From contig JAUCBJ010009023.1 in the NCBI GenBank assembly GCA_032718475.1, positions 1 through 49,741 on the forward strand: a DNA stretch of 49,741 nt, read 5' to 3'. Positions 11,004 through 24,547 of the stretch are shown one piece after another. Within the stretch, counting starts at the first letter, position 1. The number at the start of each line of letters is the position of its first letter. Source of the stretch: Nemertoderma westbladi (taxonomy: Eukaryota > Animalia > Xenacoelomorpha). Under the pieces are notes generated by a model. It had not been told where the DNA came from. It was given only the letters and a program-made list of their open reading frames with translations, and ran no database searches. The translations under genes were made by a program, and so were the position numbers.

Positions 11004-14000
11004 GTATTGTACTTTTAATAAGTACAGACATTTCATCTTACTGTAGTCACGTATTTATAGTATGATACGGACAGTAAGGAAAGAGAAAATGAATTATTTC
11101 TTGCCGTTAAACGAAATATATTATGCTAAGTAATTAAGTAATAAACACGAATATATATTGCACTAATCTACTGAATAATCGTTAAAATATTATTCTACTA
11201 AATAAAATTAAAGAAAACGATTATAATAATAAAATTACGTAATAATACATACATAAATATAAAAATAATAAAAACATATAAAATAATGTAGTCACACACC
11301 CACTCCAGGCGCTGTTACGTTGGGGAGTCCCTAGATGTTTGTTGGATTAGGGAGGTGGTCGTGGGAAGAGTATCTTGCCTTCCATAATTTCCGGATAGCT
11401 CTCTGTCTCTTTCCAGTAAACATAAACGACCAATTGGGCGATTGAGTTGTTGTGTTTCGAATACAATTCCAGGTTTCTTAAGGTTACGTCGCATGACGAC
11501 GATTTCTACCGATCGCACTAAACCATCATCGGATATATGAGTCTCGATGATACGACCTGTCTGCCACCGCTTACGTGGAAGATCTGATTCCACAATAAGG
11601 ACCATGTCTCCGGCGCTGACGTTTTCTTGCTGCGCAAACCACTTGGTTCGAAGTTGTAGCATAGGCAGATAATGTTTTTCGAAATGGTCAGCGAAACGAC
11701 GGGATAATAACTGCATGAGTTGCCAAGTTTGTCGGCAGTATTCGTCTCCGTCCGTGATTTCTGATTGTGGGAGCATGGCTACAGGTTTCTTCAGTAGGAA
11801 ATGCGCGGGTGTTAGCGCTTCTAGGGAGTCGGGACTCGATGAGACTGGCATAAGCGGTCTCTCGTTAAGATAAGCGGCGATTTCTTCCATTAACGTCCGC
11901 AAAAGTTTGTCGGTGAGATACGCGCGGCAAGGCACTATAAAGTGAAATGCGGTCTTCACGCTCCTTATTAATCTCTCCCAACTTCCTCCCCACCAAGGGG
12001 CGTCGGCGGCGTTGAAGGTCCAGCTAGATGCTGTTACCCTTAGCTGATCGTCCACCTGTCTTTGGTTCCAATCTTTAACGTAAGCTTTGATCTAATTATT
12101 GGCGCCAATGAAGTTCGTTCCCTTATCAGATCTCATCGTGTTGCTGGTTCCAAAGCGAGCGATCTGTCGGCGTAAACTCAGTATGAAGCTGTTGGTAGAT
12201 AGATCGTTCACCATATCTAGATGGATCTTAGTAAAGGGTGGTTCATAGGAGCTTACTCGTTCCCTAGGTAATTCTGCCTCTCGCTGTGTTAAGGGCCTAC
12301 TGAATGCTACTAAGAATGCCTACTAAGAACTTGGTTCAGAGCTCTACGGGGTTTATGGAAATAATAGCGAGTTCGAATTTCGCTCAGAACTCGTTCTCTA
12401 CCAGCATGGTAAAGCCTACTGTGAACATCTACAATCATCTTGATTTGTATTTCAAGATTTCTAATGAGTATGGGAATTTAGTGTCAAAGGACAATGGAGC
12501 ATTAGTTAGTCTCCCTCCCACACGTATTAACCCATCTATCATTGTGCTAGAGAAACGATCCCTTAAGCGCATCTGTGGATTTCTTAATAACAGGAAATAC
12601 TTATCGGAATCTTCATAGCATTGCAGGAGTCTCAGTATCTGCTTATTGCTTTCTTCATGCTCCTGGTAACTGATCTTCTCCATCAGAAACCTATCTGATA
12701 CTTTGTATTTGGGAAGATCTTTAATAGCATGGACCTGCTCTGATGTCAGTGGAGCGGTATCACTAGCGATCTTCGTCCTGGAGTAGTGATGATGGAAGCA
12801 TCGCTTCAAATACACGACGGCCTTACAAAGCCGATTCCAGGAGCTATAGTGATTTATCGCTCTCTGCAGGAGAGGTGAGAGTCCCTGCGAGACGTCTCGT
12901 GTTCCAGATTTCCAGTCTCTTTCTCTGATTTCTACAACAGATTTGTTTGTGGTGGGGGAGTTTAGAACTTTCTCCACTCCCTTGGCTTGTCTAATCTCAG
13001 CCGTGGTGAGATGAGGAGGCCATTCATGCTCTTCTTTACTCAGGAAGTCGGGTCCACCTAACCAGTCTGGAGTATCTATCAGTTCTTGCAGGATTGCTCC
13101 TCTAGAGGCGATGTCGGCTGGATTAATCGTCCCAGGGCAATGTCTCCATTGATCTACATTAGAGCGACTAAGTATAATGGCTACTCTGTTGGTAACGAAG
13201 ACGCTGAACTGACAGAATTCATTGGTTATATACTCCAAAACGAGTAAAGCATCAGTCCAATAGACAGTTTTCTCCAGTGGATAGTCGATCTGTTCTGTTA
13301 CATTCCGGCCGATGGCTGTAGCGTATAGAGCCGCCTTTAACTCCGCTCGAGGAACTCGTAGTTTGTTGTTGATCAAGGCCTTAGAGGTAACCAAGGCAAC
13401 TTTAATTCCATCCGGAGTTTCAACTCTCAGGTAGGCTACTATACCTATTCCCATATCGCTGGTGTCTCCAAACACATGGAGTTGATAGGAATACGTGGGG
13501 AGAACGTGACCAAAATATGAACGGGAAATAATAAAGTTCTCGATGGAAGGTAGAGAATCTTCCCATTTCATCCACTTCTTTAGCAGTTCTCCCTTAAGTG
13601 GATCGTCCCACGAGTGGTTTTCAAGCCACATTTGTTGCACTAAGCTCCGAGCAACCAATATAACTGGGCTAATAAATCCCAATGGATCGAAATAAGTGCT
13701 CAGGATACTTAGGCAAATCCGTTTAGTTCGAACTGGATTATCTCGCTGTTTTAGCTGGAAAAACAAGATGTCTCTCTCCGTGTCCCATTTCAAACCAAGC
13801 GTCTTGGTTTCCGGAAGATCGTCCTTGATGAGGTCTAGATCTTTAACACCTCGGTCTTCTACCGGGATCGATTCCAGAAACTCACGGGAGTTACTAGTGA
13901 ATTTGGTTAGTCGAAATCCACCGCGTCGCAAACACTCTACCGTTCCCTTGGCAACATCAATGGCTTCTTCCACCGATGGGAGGGACTTTAAATTGTCATC

Positions 14001-17000
14001 CATGTATATATCCCGTTCGATGTTGTCGATAACCGCTTTAGAGAAGGCGTCTCGGTTGTCATCAGCAGTGGTACGCACTACTGAACAAGCGTTCGAGGGG
14101 CTCGAGATGATCCCGAAAGCCTGGATGGTCATCCAGTACTCCACCGGTTTTTGGTTGAGTTCTCCTTCAGGCCACCACAGAAATCGTAGGCTGTCTCGAT
14201 CCCTATCCAGCGCCTTGACTTTTAAGAACATGCCTTCTATATCCAAAGCGAAAGCGATAGAATATTGCCATAATCTTAATAGTATTCCCAACAAGGATTG
14301 GAGTAAGTTGGGTCCAGGCAACAATTCGGAATTCAGGGATTGGCCCATGTAAAGGGCGGAGCCGTCGAACACTACCCGGACTTCGTTGGGTTTACCGGGT
14401 TTGGGAACGTAATGATGTATTAGATAATACGTTCTCTCTGTGATGGGTGTTTCTTCCGGTACTCGCTCCGCGTGTCCCTTATCGATAAATTTCTTCAGCT
14501 GGGTCTTATACATTTCCCTGGCTGAGACATTGGCCGTAAGAAGCCGATGCAGTTGCATGATTCTCTTCTCCGCTAAGGGTCGCTTATTTATAAAGTTGGT
14601 TTCTCGCCGTCGGAACGGAAGACCAATCTCATAGCGACCTTGATCTTTAAGAAAACGGGTAGTCGTTTCCTGAATCTGCTTGGCTCTCTCTTCCTCGACG
14701 GACAGGGCCTTGTCGTAGGAATTAGGCTCTACTGCTTCTTGAGTAAAGAATCGTACAGCGTGTTCATCGCGAATCTTATTATTGTAGCGATCTATCACCT
14801 CGTTTAATTCGTCGTTGTAGTCGAATTGTCCGCCATGATTGATGAGATGGCACAGGTTTACTTGGTTTCGCCAAGTCTCATTTTCGGTGAGGAGGTCTAT
14901 TGTATTTTCCTCGTCGAATAATTGGTTAATATCGTCATTATCTGAGGAGTATGGTGTTCTCTCAGTTGTGGTTTCTCCCTCACTGATTTCTTCTTCCCAT
15001 TCACTCACCTGATGTATCTTTTCTTGAGGGAGTCTTTCCATCAGTGTTCTACGGGAAGGTCCAGTGAAGTACCAACCTACACTCGTTCTTCCCGCGTACG
15101 TTTGTAATGGTTGCGGTCGAGCAGGCTGTTTTTCTAATGTCTCTAGCGCCTCATGCGCATTTTGGCCGATCAATATCTGTACCCCTGGGTAGTCGGTGTT
15201 GAATCTAGGGATATCATGCTGCTGGGTAAAATGATCTTCATCCCAGTTATAAGGTTCCGCTTGGCTGGTAGCAAAGTTCTTTATCGCCACCATTTTTACT
15301 GACCTTATGCTGTGTTCTCCTAGTCCATCCTGGGGGGTGGACAACGCACCTACATAATAATCCGCGATTACGCGTATCCGCGTATTGTACTTTTAATAAG
15401 TTCAGACATTTCATCTTACTGTAGTCACGTATTTATAGTATGATACGGACAGTAAGGAAAGAGAAAATGAATTATTTCTTGCCGTTAAACGAAATATATT
15501 ATGCTAAGTAATTAAGTAATAAACACGAATATATATTGCACTAATCTACTGAATAATCGTTAAAATATTATTCTACTAAATAAAATTAAAGAAAACGATT
15601 ATAATAATAAAATTACGTAATAATACATACATAAATATAAAAATAATAAAAACATATAAAATAATGTTGTCACACACCCACTCCAGGCGCTGTTACGTTG
15701 GGGAGTCCCTAGATGTTTGTTGGATTAGGGAGGTGGTCGTGGGAAGAGTATCTTGCCTTCCATAATTTCCGGATAGCTCTCTGTCTCTTTCCAGTAAACA
15801 TAAACGACCAATTGGGCGATTGAGTTGTTGTGTTTCGAATACAATTCCAGGTTTCTTAAGGTTACGTCGCATGACGACGATTTCTACCGATCGCACTAAA
15901 CCATCATCGGATATATGAGTCTCGATGATACGACCTGTCTGCCACCGCTTACGTGGAAGATCTGATTCCACAATAAGGACCATGTCTCCGGCGCTGACGT
16001 TTTCTTGCTGCGCAAACCACTTGGTTCGAAGTTGTAGCATAGGCAGATAATGTTTTTCGAAATGGTCAGCGAAACGACGGGATAATAACTGCATGAGTTG
16101 CCAAGTTTGTCGGCAGTATTCGTCTCCGTCCGTGATTTCTGATTGTGGGAGCATGGCTACAGGTTTCTTCAGTAGGAAATGCGCGGGTGTTAGCGCTTCT
16201 AGGGAGTCGGGACTCGATGAGACTGGCATAAGCGGTCTCTCGTTAAGATAAGCGGCGATTTCTTCCATTAACGTCCGCAAAAGTTTGTCGGTGAGATACG
16301 CGCGGCAAGGCACTATAAAGTGAAATGCGGTCTTCACGCTCCTTATTAATCTCTCCCAACTTCCTCCCCACCAAGGGGCGTCGGCGGCGTTGAAGGTCCA
16401 GCTAGATGCTGTTACCCTTAGCTGATCGTCCACCTGTCTTTGGTTCCAATCTTTAACGTAAGCTTTGATCTAATTATTGGCGCCAATGAAGTTCGTTCCC
16501 TTATCAGATCTCATCGTGTTGCTGGTTCCAAAGCGAGCGATCTGTCGGCGTAAACTCAGTATGAAGCTGTTGGTAGATAGATCGTTCACCATATCTAGAT
16601 GGATCTTAGTAAAGGGTGGTTCATAGGAGCTTACTCGTTCCCTAGGTAATTCTGCCTCTCGCTGTGTTAAGGGCCTACTGAATGCTACTAAGAATGCCTA
16701 CTAAGAACTTGGTTCAGAGCTCTACGGGGTTTATGGAAATAATAGCGAGTTCGAATTTCGCTCAGAACTCGTTCTCTACCAGCATGGTAAAGCCTACTGT
16801 GAACATCTACAATCATCTTGATTTGTATTTCAAGATTTCTAATGAGTATGGGAATTTAGTGTCAAAGGACAATGGAGCATTAGTTAGTCTCCCTCCCACA
16901 CGTATTAACCCATCTATCATTGTGCTAGAGAAACGATCCCTTAAGCGCATCTGTGGATTTCTTAATAACAGGAAATACTTATCGGAATCTTCATAGCATT

Positions 17001-19740
17001 GCAGGAGTCTCAGTATCTGCTTATTGCTTTCTTCATGCTCCTGGTAACTGATCTTCTCCATCAGAAACCTATCTGATACTTTGTATTTGGGAAGATCTTT
17101 AATAGCATGGACCTGCTCTGATGTCAGTGGAGCGGTATCACTAGCGATCTTCGTCCTGGAGTAGTGATGATGGAAGCATCGCTTCAAATACACGACGGCC
17201 TTACAAAGCCGATTCCAGGAGCTATAGTGATTTATCGCTCTCTGCAGGATAGGTGAGAGTCCCTGCGAGACGTCTCGTGTTCCAGATTTCCAGTCTCTTT
17301 CTCTGATTTCTACAACAGATTTGTTTGTGGTGGGGGAGTTTAGAACTTTCTCCACTCCCTTGGCTTGTCTAATCTCAGCCGTGGTGAGATGAGGAGGCCA
17401 TTCATGCTCTTCTTTACTCAGGAAGTCGGGTCCACCTAACCAGTCTGGAGTATCTATCAGTTCTTGCAGGATTGCTCCTCTAGAGGCGATGTCGGCTGGA
17501 TTAATCGTCCCAGGGCAATGTCTCCATTGATCTACATTAGAGCGACTAAGTATAATGGCTACTCTGTTGGTAACGAAGAGGCTGAACTGACAGAATTCAT
17601 TGGTTATATACTCCAAAACGAGTAAAGCATCAGTCCAATAGACAGTTTTCTCCAGTGGATAGTCGATCTGTTCTGTTACATTCCGGCCGATGGCTGTAGC
17701 GTATAGAGCCGCCTTTAACTCCGCTCGAGGAACTCGTAGTTTGTTGTTGATCAAGGCCTTAGAGGTAACCAAGGCAACTTTAATTCCATCCGGAGTTTCA
17801 ACTCTCAGGTAGGCTACTATACCTATTCCCATATCGCTGGTGTCTCCAAACACATGGAGTTGATAGGAATACGTGGGGAGAACGTGACCAAAATATGAAC
17901 GGGAAATAATAAAGTTCTCGATGGAAGGTAGAGAATCTTCCCATTTCATCCACTTCTTTAGCAGTTCTCCCTTAAGTGGATCGTCCCACGAGTGGTTTTC
18001 AAGCCACATTTGTTGCACTAAGCTCCGAGCAACCAATATAACTGGGCTAATAAATCCCAATGGATCGAAATAAGTGCTCAGGATACTTAGGCAAATCCGT
18101 TTAGTTCGAACTGGATTATCTCGCTGTTTTAGCTGGAAAAACAAGATGTCTCTCTCCGTGTCCCATTTCAAACCAAGCGTCTTGGTTTCCGGAAGATCGT
18201 CCTTGATGAGGTCTAGATCTTTAACACCTCGGTCTTCTACCGGGATCGATTCCAGAAACTCACGGGAGTTACTAGTGAATTTGGTTAGTCGAAATCCACC
18301 GCGTCGCAAACACTCTACCGTTCCCTTGGCAACATCAATGGCTTCTTCCACCGATGGGAGGGACTTTAAATTGTCATCCATGTATATATCCCGTTCGATG
18401 TTGTCGATAACCGCTTTAGAGAAGGCGTCTCGGTTGTCATCAGCAGTGGTACGCACTACTGAACAAGCGTTCGAGGGGCTCGAGATGATCCCGAAAGCCT
18501 GGATGGTCATCCAGTACTCCACCGGTTTTTGGTTGAGTTCTCCTTCAGGCCACCACAGAAATCGTAGGCTGTCTCGATCCCTATCCAGCGCCTTGACTTT
18601 TAAGAACATGCCTTCTATATCCAAAGCGAAAGCGATAGAATATTGCCATAATCTTAATAGTATTCCCAACAAGGATTGGAGTAAGTTGGGTCCAGGCAAC
18701 AATTCGGAATTCAGGGATTGGCCCATGTAAAGGGCGGAGCCGTCGAACACTACCCGGACTTCGTTGGGTTTACCGGGTTTGGGAACGTAATGATGTATTA
18801 GATAATACGTTCTCTCTGTGATGGGTGTTTCTTCCGGTACTCGCTCCGCGTGTCCCTTATCGATAAATTTCTTCAGCTGGGTCTTATACATTTCCCTGGC
18901 TGAGACATTGGCCGTAAGAAGCCGATGCAGTTGCATGATTCTCTTCTCCGCTAAGGGTCGCTTATTTATAAAGTTGGTTTCTCGCCGTCGGAACGGAAGA
19001 CCAATCTCATAGCGACCTTGATCTTTAAGAAAACGGGTAGTCGTTTCCTGAATCTGCCTGGCTCTCTCTTCCTCGACGGACAGGGCCTTGTCGTAGGAAT
19101 TAGGCTCTACTGCTTCTTGAGTAAAGAATCGTACAGCGTGTTCATCGCGAATCTTATTATTGTAGCGATCTATCACCTCGTTTAATTCGTCGTTGTAGTC
19201 GAATTGTCCGCCATGATTGATGAGATGGCACAGGTTTACTTGGTTTCGCCAAGTCTCATTTTCGGTGAGGAGGTCTATTGTATTTTCCTCGTCGAATAAT
19301 TGGTTAATATCGTCATTATCTGAGGAGTATGGTGTTCTCTCAGTTGTGGTTTCTCCCTCACTGATTTCTTCTTCCCATTCACTCACCTGATGTATCTTTT
19401 CTTGAGGGAGTCTTTCCATCAGTGTTCTACGGGAAGGTCCAGTGAAGTACCAACCTACACTCGTTCTTCCCGCGTACGTTTGTAATGGTTGCGGTCGAGC
19501 AGGCTGTTTTTCTAATGTCTCTAGCGCCTCATGCGCATTTTGGCCGATCAATATCTGTACCCCTGGGTAGTCGGTGTTGAATCTAGGGATATCATGCTGC
19601 TGGGTAAAATGATCTTCATCCCAGTTATAAGGTTCCGCTTGGCTGGTAGCAAAGTTCTTTATCGCCACCATTTTTACTGACCTTATGCTATGTTCTCCTA
19701 GTTCATCCTGGGGAGTGGACAACGAGCCTACATAATAATC
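11004..19740 (-). repeat. 4,378-bp near-identical tandem duplication of RT-RNaseH-IN plus 3' spacer
   Basis: ORF pairs offset by exactly 4378 (11315/15693, 12435/16813, 13696/18074); identical junction filler at 10985 and 15363. Confidence 0.96.
11315..15362 (-). pseudogene. pol: Duplicated BEL pol (RT, RNase H, damaged integrase)
   Basis: IYMDD RT motif and HVFGD / PRAELKAA / YWTDA / NPADIASRG RNase H motifs; frameshift near 12460; the integrase CxxC and first catalytic Asp region are deleted relative to copy P. Confidence 0.93.
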
Positions 19741-21001
19741 TGTAGCTACTGTGGATTTCCAAACCTGCATAATTCCTGAAAGGTTCAACTTAGTTCGGAA
19801 CTTGGGTTGTCCAGCAAAGATGTCTTCGGCTAGTTCTTTGTCGATGAATGTACCTGTGATGCCGGATTCAAGGAGGGCGTTCACTATAAAACTCTTACCT
19901 AGCCCATGGACTCTCAGCTGCACCACTGGGAATTCCCGGATTCCGACGTTGGAAGTTGGTGCTTTCCAAGATGGTTGTCGGTCAGGAATAGTCAATTGCG
20001 CTTCGTTATCGGTTTCAGTCTCATACGTAAGCGCTCGATACACTGCGGTGTTTATCATATAACAGGATTCGTTTTCGTCGGAGAATTCGTCCGTGTAAAA
20101 TCCTTCCATCTCAGAGCTGTGGTCAGTGTCATTCACATCACTGAATTGGACATGTAGTTCGGGCTCACTTACCTGACTCGTGTGGGTTCTTTCAAATTCT
20201 GTATGCAGCAAGATATGATGTTTCGCGCCGCACTTAGCACACCTTGCGTCGGAGTAACAGGTCCGCCGTTGGTGTCCTTGTCTGAGACAATTATAACACA
20301 ACCGCTTATCCCACATGACATCACGTCTATCCTTTAGGGATTTCTTCAAGAATTCATCACATCCACTCAAGCGATGGGGCCCATCGCACAATGCACATTT
20401 GGGTTTGATTTTACTTACTTTAACCTGTGTGGTATTGTGCACACTTGTTCTTTCCTCGGGCTTTCTTCCATGAATTCTCTTAGGAGACGTGGGAGGAGTT
20501 GTTGTTAACTGTTCTCTCCTGTCACTGGTTCGAGACTTAGATTTACTTAAGTCTTTACGGGTTTTGTTGACATAATAAGATCTTTCGGTGTCTTTCCCGC
20601 TGTTCTCCTCCTGGGAGGTTTGGCTTTCGCCGTCGTCTGTATAACACACTGGTGTTACCTTTCTCCTAAATACGGGTTTTTCACTCACCTTATTTTCTGG
20701 TGTCTTCTCTCGGGACTGCTTTAGGAGCTGTAATCTTACCTCTCCATTTAAGAATGACATGAGTTCAGCCATGGTAGGGTCTCTTTGTTGCTGATCCATC
20801 ATATAGAGAACTCTTTTGTCCCAACGAGTACCTACTCCACCCTTTGGCAAAGTAGATGCTATGGCTCCAACAACCATGGAACTCTGATATTCATGAGACT
20901 TACCTAACCAATCTAGTTGTCTACAGATCTCCTGAATCTCATCGGAAAACTCTATAATCCCGCTACTAAGGAACTTTCAGGGTGCTACTAATTTCGCATA
21001 C
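15693..21001 (-). pseudogene. gag-pol: Copy M gag C-terminus, protease, RT, RNase H, damaged integrase
   Basis: BEL triple zinc knuckle (CALCDGPH, CYNCLRQGH, CAKCGAKHH); protease site reads LESG (LDSG in copy P); YMDD; same integrase lesions as the duplicate. Confidence 0.93.
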
Positions 21002-21542
21002 TAGGATCGGCATGCTGCATTGCAGCTGCATTTTTAAGAATGCTGTGCCATCTTGTCAACAAAATTGCACCGCCACAACTCCCTATCACCCATGACATTT
21101 GCTAGATCATCCGCATCTTCAAGGCCAGTGTCCTTTAAGATGCGTCTCAAGAAAGTCATGGGCTGTCCACCATGCTTATTCACTCCATGAGGCTGCCAAA
21201 GTACAAGATTATGCACTGGCTGGTCCTCACGGCGAAAGCAATGTCCTGCAAAGAGGAGGCGATTTTGTTCTAGTGTCAAGCTTGGGGGAACCAATGAGAC
21301 ACCTCCAATGTTATATAGTGTCTGGTTGGAGATGTGTGCATTGTACTTGACAGAATGAACCCGGCGTAGCATTCTTGTGAATGTGCCATCCAGAGATTGG
21401 GTGTCCTCAGCAGTTAGAGCCCTTGCTGAGGACTTTCAAAGTTAACTGTCAAAATTTTGGTCTTTCTGGAGTTAATAAAAAGACCAACACTAGAAGCAGC
21501 ATGTTCTAATGAGCTGAGGAGCTGTTGGGCTCCTCAGCATAC
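21002..21542 (-). mobile_element. 5'-truncated, internally deleted RTE LINE inserted in gag of copy M
   Basis: Matches the 3' end of 28710-32467; 11-bp TSD atttcgcatac at 20991-21001 and 21543-21553. Confidence 0.93.
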
Positions 21543-21553
21543 ATTTCGCATAC

Positions 21554-24170
21554 AAATACCTAGCTATGTTAGTCCTATTACCATACCTGATGTTTAGTGT
21601 ATCCCAAACTTGTCTTAATCCATCTGGATGTCCAATAAACTTTAACGCCATTAACTTGGGAGGTCCTTCCAAGCACTTGATGAGGAATATAAGTTTCTCT
21701 CCGTTGGATAGTACAGAGTTCTGTATGTTATCTTTATAATATTCATTAAAAGGTAACCATTTCATCTCATCTCCATTGAACTTGACGATCTCTCCCACCT
21801 TTACCACTTGACGGGCTTCGGTTCTAGCCATTTGACGCGTAAAACTTTCTTGGGCCATCTTATTATTTAATATCGAGTTATCGGTATATAAATTTTTCGG
21901 ATTAGGATCAGGTCTATATGGAATATCATTATCAACAGGTTCATAATTACCCTTAATAGGGTTCACTATAGGAGTTTCTACTTCACTAGCAGTATAGATG
22001 CGTGTAGGCTCCACAACTTGCGCATGAAACACTTCAGACCTAACAGGTTGACACATTGTCACAGGGGTTGGTGGTATACCCAATTGAATATTTACTAATT
22101 TATCGCGTTCTAATGCGATACTCTGCTGCACTTCTTGCAACTCTAACCTACCCTCTCTTACTGTTCCCTTTAACTGCTGAACAGTCCCTTCCAGCTCCCG
22201 GACCTGCTGGGAGGAACATATACGATGTTCCTTCAGCTGCCCGAGCAGGAGACCCATCTCCCGTCGTCCCTCATCCACCCACTCTACCGCCGAAGCGGGA
22301 GCCGCCAACATAGTAGCGGGTCGACGAGGGACGACGGGCGACAAATTGTTGATGTCTTGCTCGGCGTCCAGGACCGGGATTGATTCAGCGGCTATTCTAC
22401 TGGGCACAGGTAGTTTAGTACTGTGCAAAGGGAATTTAGAGTTAGGTTCTGGAAGTACAGGGGTCTCTATCACAGAGGGGGTGGCTTCGAGAACAGGCCT
22501 AATTATTTCAGGCTCAACTACTATAGTAGGGAGTCTTTCTACTCTAATAATTTGGTCTGTAGGCTCAGGATTACTTAAATCTACACTAGCTAGTTGCCTT
22601 CTCACAGATGGAGGCAAATTAGGCAATTTCGGCCGGTGCAGCGCCCTTCTACGTCCGCTGGAACGAGATTTATTTCCTCTACCTTCAGGATCTGTTGTAT
22701 CGCCTTCATCAGAGGATGTAAATCCCTGTCTCTTGGGAGTAGATCGACTTAGCAGCTGCATCTGAGTAGCTGTTATCTGTTTATTTAAGTAATCTTGCTT
22801 CACTTGAAGATTTTCCAACTCTAGTTGGGCTGTCTCTTCAGATGCCCTCCGTTCTGCTTCTACCACTGCCTCTGCCGCTTTTCTTTCAGCTTCTGCCGCT
22901 GCCGCTTTTCTTTCAGCCTCTGCCGCTGCCGCTGCCGCTGCCACTTTTCTTTCAACTTCTGCCGCTGCCGCTGCTGCTGCCTTTCTGTCTTCTATCCGTT
23001 TTTTCTTTAATTGTTCTTCCTGTTCCCTAGCGATGAGGATGCTTTCATCAAATTTAGCCTGCTCAGCGGCTAATATTTCCGCATCTAACGAGTCCAACAC
23101 AAATTTGGCCCCTTCACTATTAGGGTGAAGTCCAGCTAGCCTTCTCCTTAGCTCTCTGTCACCTATGAATCGTTGATAGTCCGACAGATATATGTCAATA
23201 GCATCCTTCTTCTGAGGTTTCTCTGATATAGCTTCGCTTTCCACCTGAGAAAAGGTAGCGTCTGTTGACTCTCCAAGGGTCATGCGCTCGGTTAGCTGAG
23301 CTTTCCATTGTGTCGTTCCCTGGACTTTAAGACTCAAGACTCACCCCTTGGAACCAAGTTTTTACGGCCACTTGCAACGACGTGTCTTGGCTTCTCTTCG
23401 AAGCTTCCTCAAAGGCTGAAAGGATTAGTCTGATCCGTAAAATTCGTTCTCGCAATTGATAAAGCAGCTCTCCCTGCTCTTGAGGTCCTTGTCTTTGTTG
23501 AAACAGGTGTTCCTCTAATCGCTCCAAAGAGTTGAAGAATCCCTGGACATATCCTGCTGCCGACCTCTTCCATACAGCTGGATCTCGAGTGTCTCTTACT
23601 ACTCCCATCCTGTATAAGTCCTCCCAGGCAGCTTCCGATAAGTTAAACGGGAGTCCGGGTCTGGGGAAGTTCCATTGCGTCTCGACAATAGACTTCAGTT
23701 CCTCCATTGTGTATCCCGCATAACTGTCCTTGGTAGATCGCTTACTTCTCGCCCAATCGATTTGATGTTCTTCCGCCGCAATCAATACTCTAGTGAGTAC
23801 GGCTCCAGGAAGAATTAGAAGTGGATCTGGATAAACTGCTTCTGTCATCCTTGCTCCGATCTCGGGTGTCAACTCTACAGTGTCTGAACTACTGGAGTTA
23901 TTGGGCCGGCCGCCGAGAAATAAGTTCTCGGTTCAGGTGTGGCTGCTGTTTAACAGCTGCTTCTTGGTCCCGCTTGACTTGGGCCCTAGTGCCTATGATA
24001 GACCGATGGTGCTTTACTAGCCTAGTGTCTGATACTACTACTGTAGGGATGACCTTTCTTACAGTAGGAGGGGACTTGGACTTCGGTCTCAGATTTTCTA
24101 TACTCCTATCTGAGTCACAGACTGTTCTTTCTAGGAGACTATCTGACAGTGTTTGTTTTGTGTCAGCCAT
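21554..24170 (-). pseudogene. gag: Copy M gag N-terminal region (long extension, coiled coil, start of capsid-like region)
   Basis: Segments 24170-23898, 23872-23327 and 23337-21554 are separated by small frameshifting insertions absent from copy P; ERKAAAA repeats; FNGDEMKWLPF BEL gag motif. Confidence 0.85.
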
Positions 24171-24307
24171 GTTTGATTTTACAGTTGAATGCCTACTACT
24201 ATAACAACAGTTAAAGTAAGTCTAGTAATTCAGTATCAACTGTAAGCCTAGTCATTAATTACCGATACCGTTACTCAGTGTAACATGATATATATATAAT
24301 ATATTAA

Positions 24308-24547
24308 AATACCGGTATACACTTATAGTATATATATAAGTATTATTACAGACTAGGATTAGTCACAGAATACCGGCATATAATTTCAGCCTAAATTTAT
24401 ATAAATAAATATAATAAGCCTACCGTAAATACCGGTATACACCTATAGTATATATAAGTATTATTATAGACTAGGATTAGTCACAGAATACCAGTATATA
24501 ATTTCAGCCTAAATTTATATAAATATATATAATAAGCCTACTGTGAA
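24308..24547. repeat. ~120-bp tandem duplication in the 5' leader of copy M
   Basis: aataccggtatacac... at 24308 and 24428; single copy in P. Confidence 0.88.

Noticed and set aside
13696-14352. 218-aa antisense ORF (and its duplicate at 18074-18730)
   Set aside because: Shadow frame of RT; broken or shorter in copy P.
21490-21553. C-terminus of the 615-aa ORF (KCMLRSPTAPQLIRTCCF)
   Set aside because: Out-of-frame read-through into the inserted RTE fragment.
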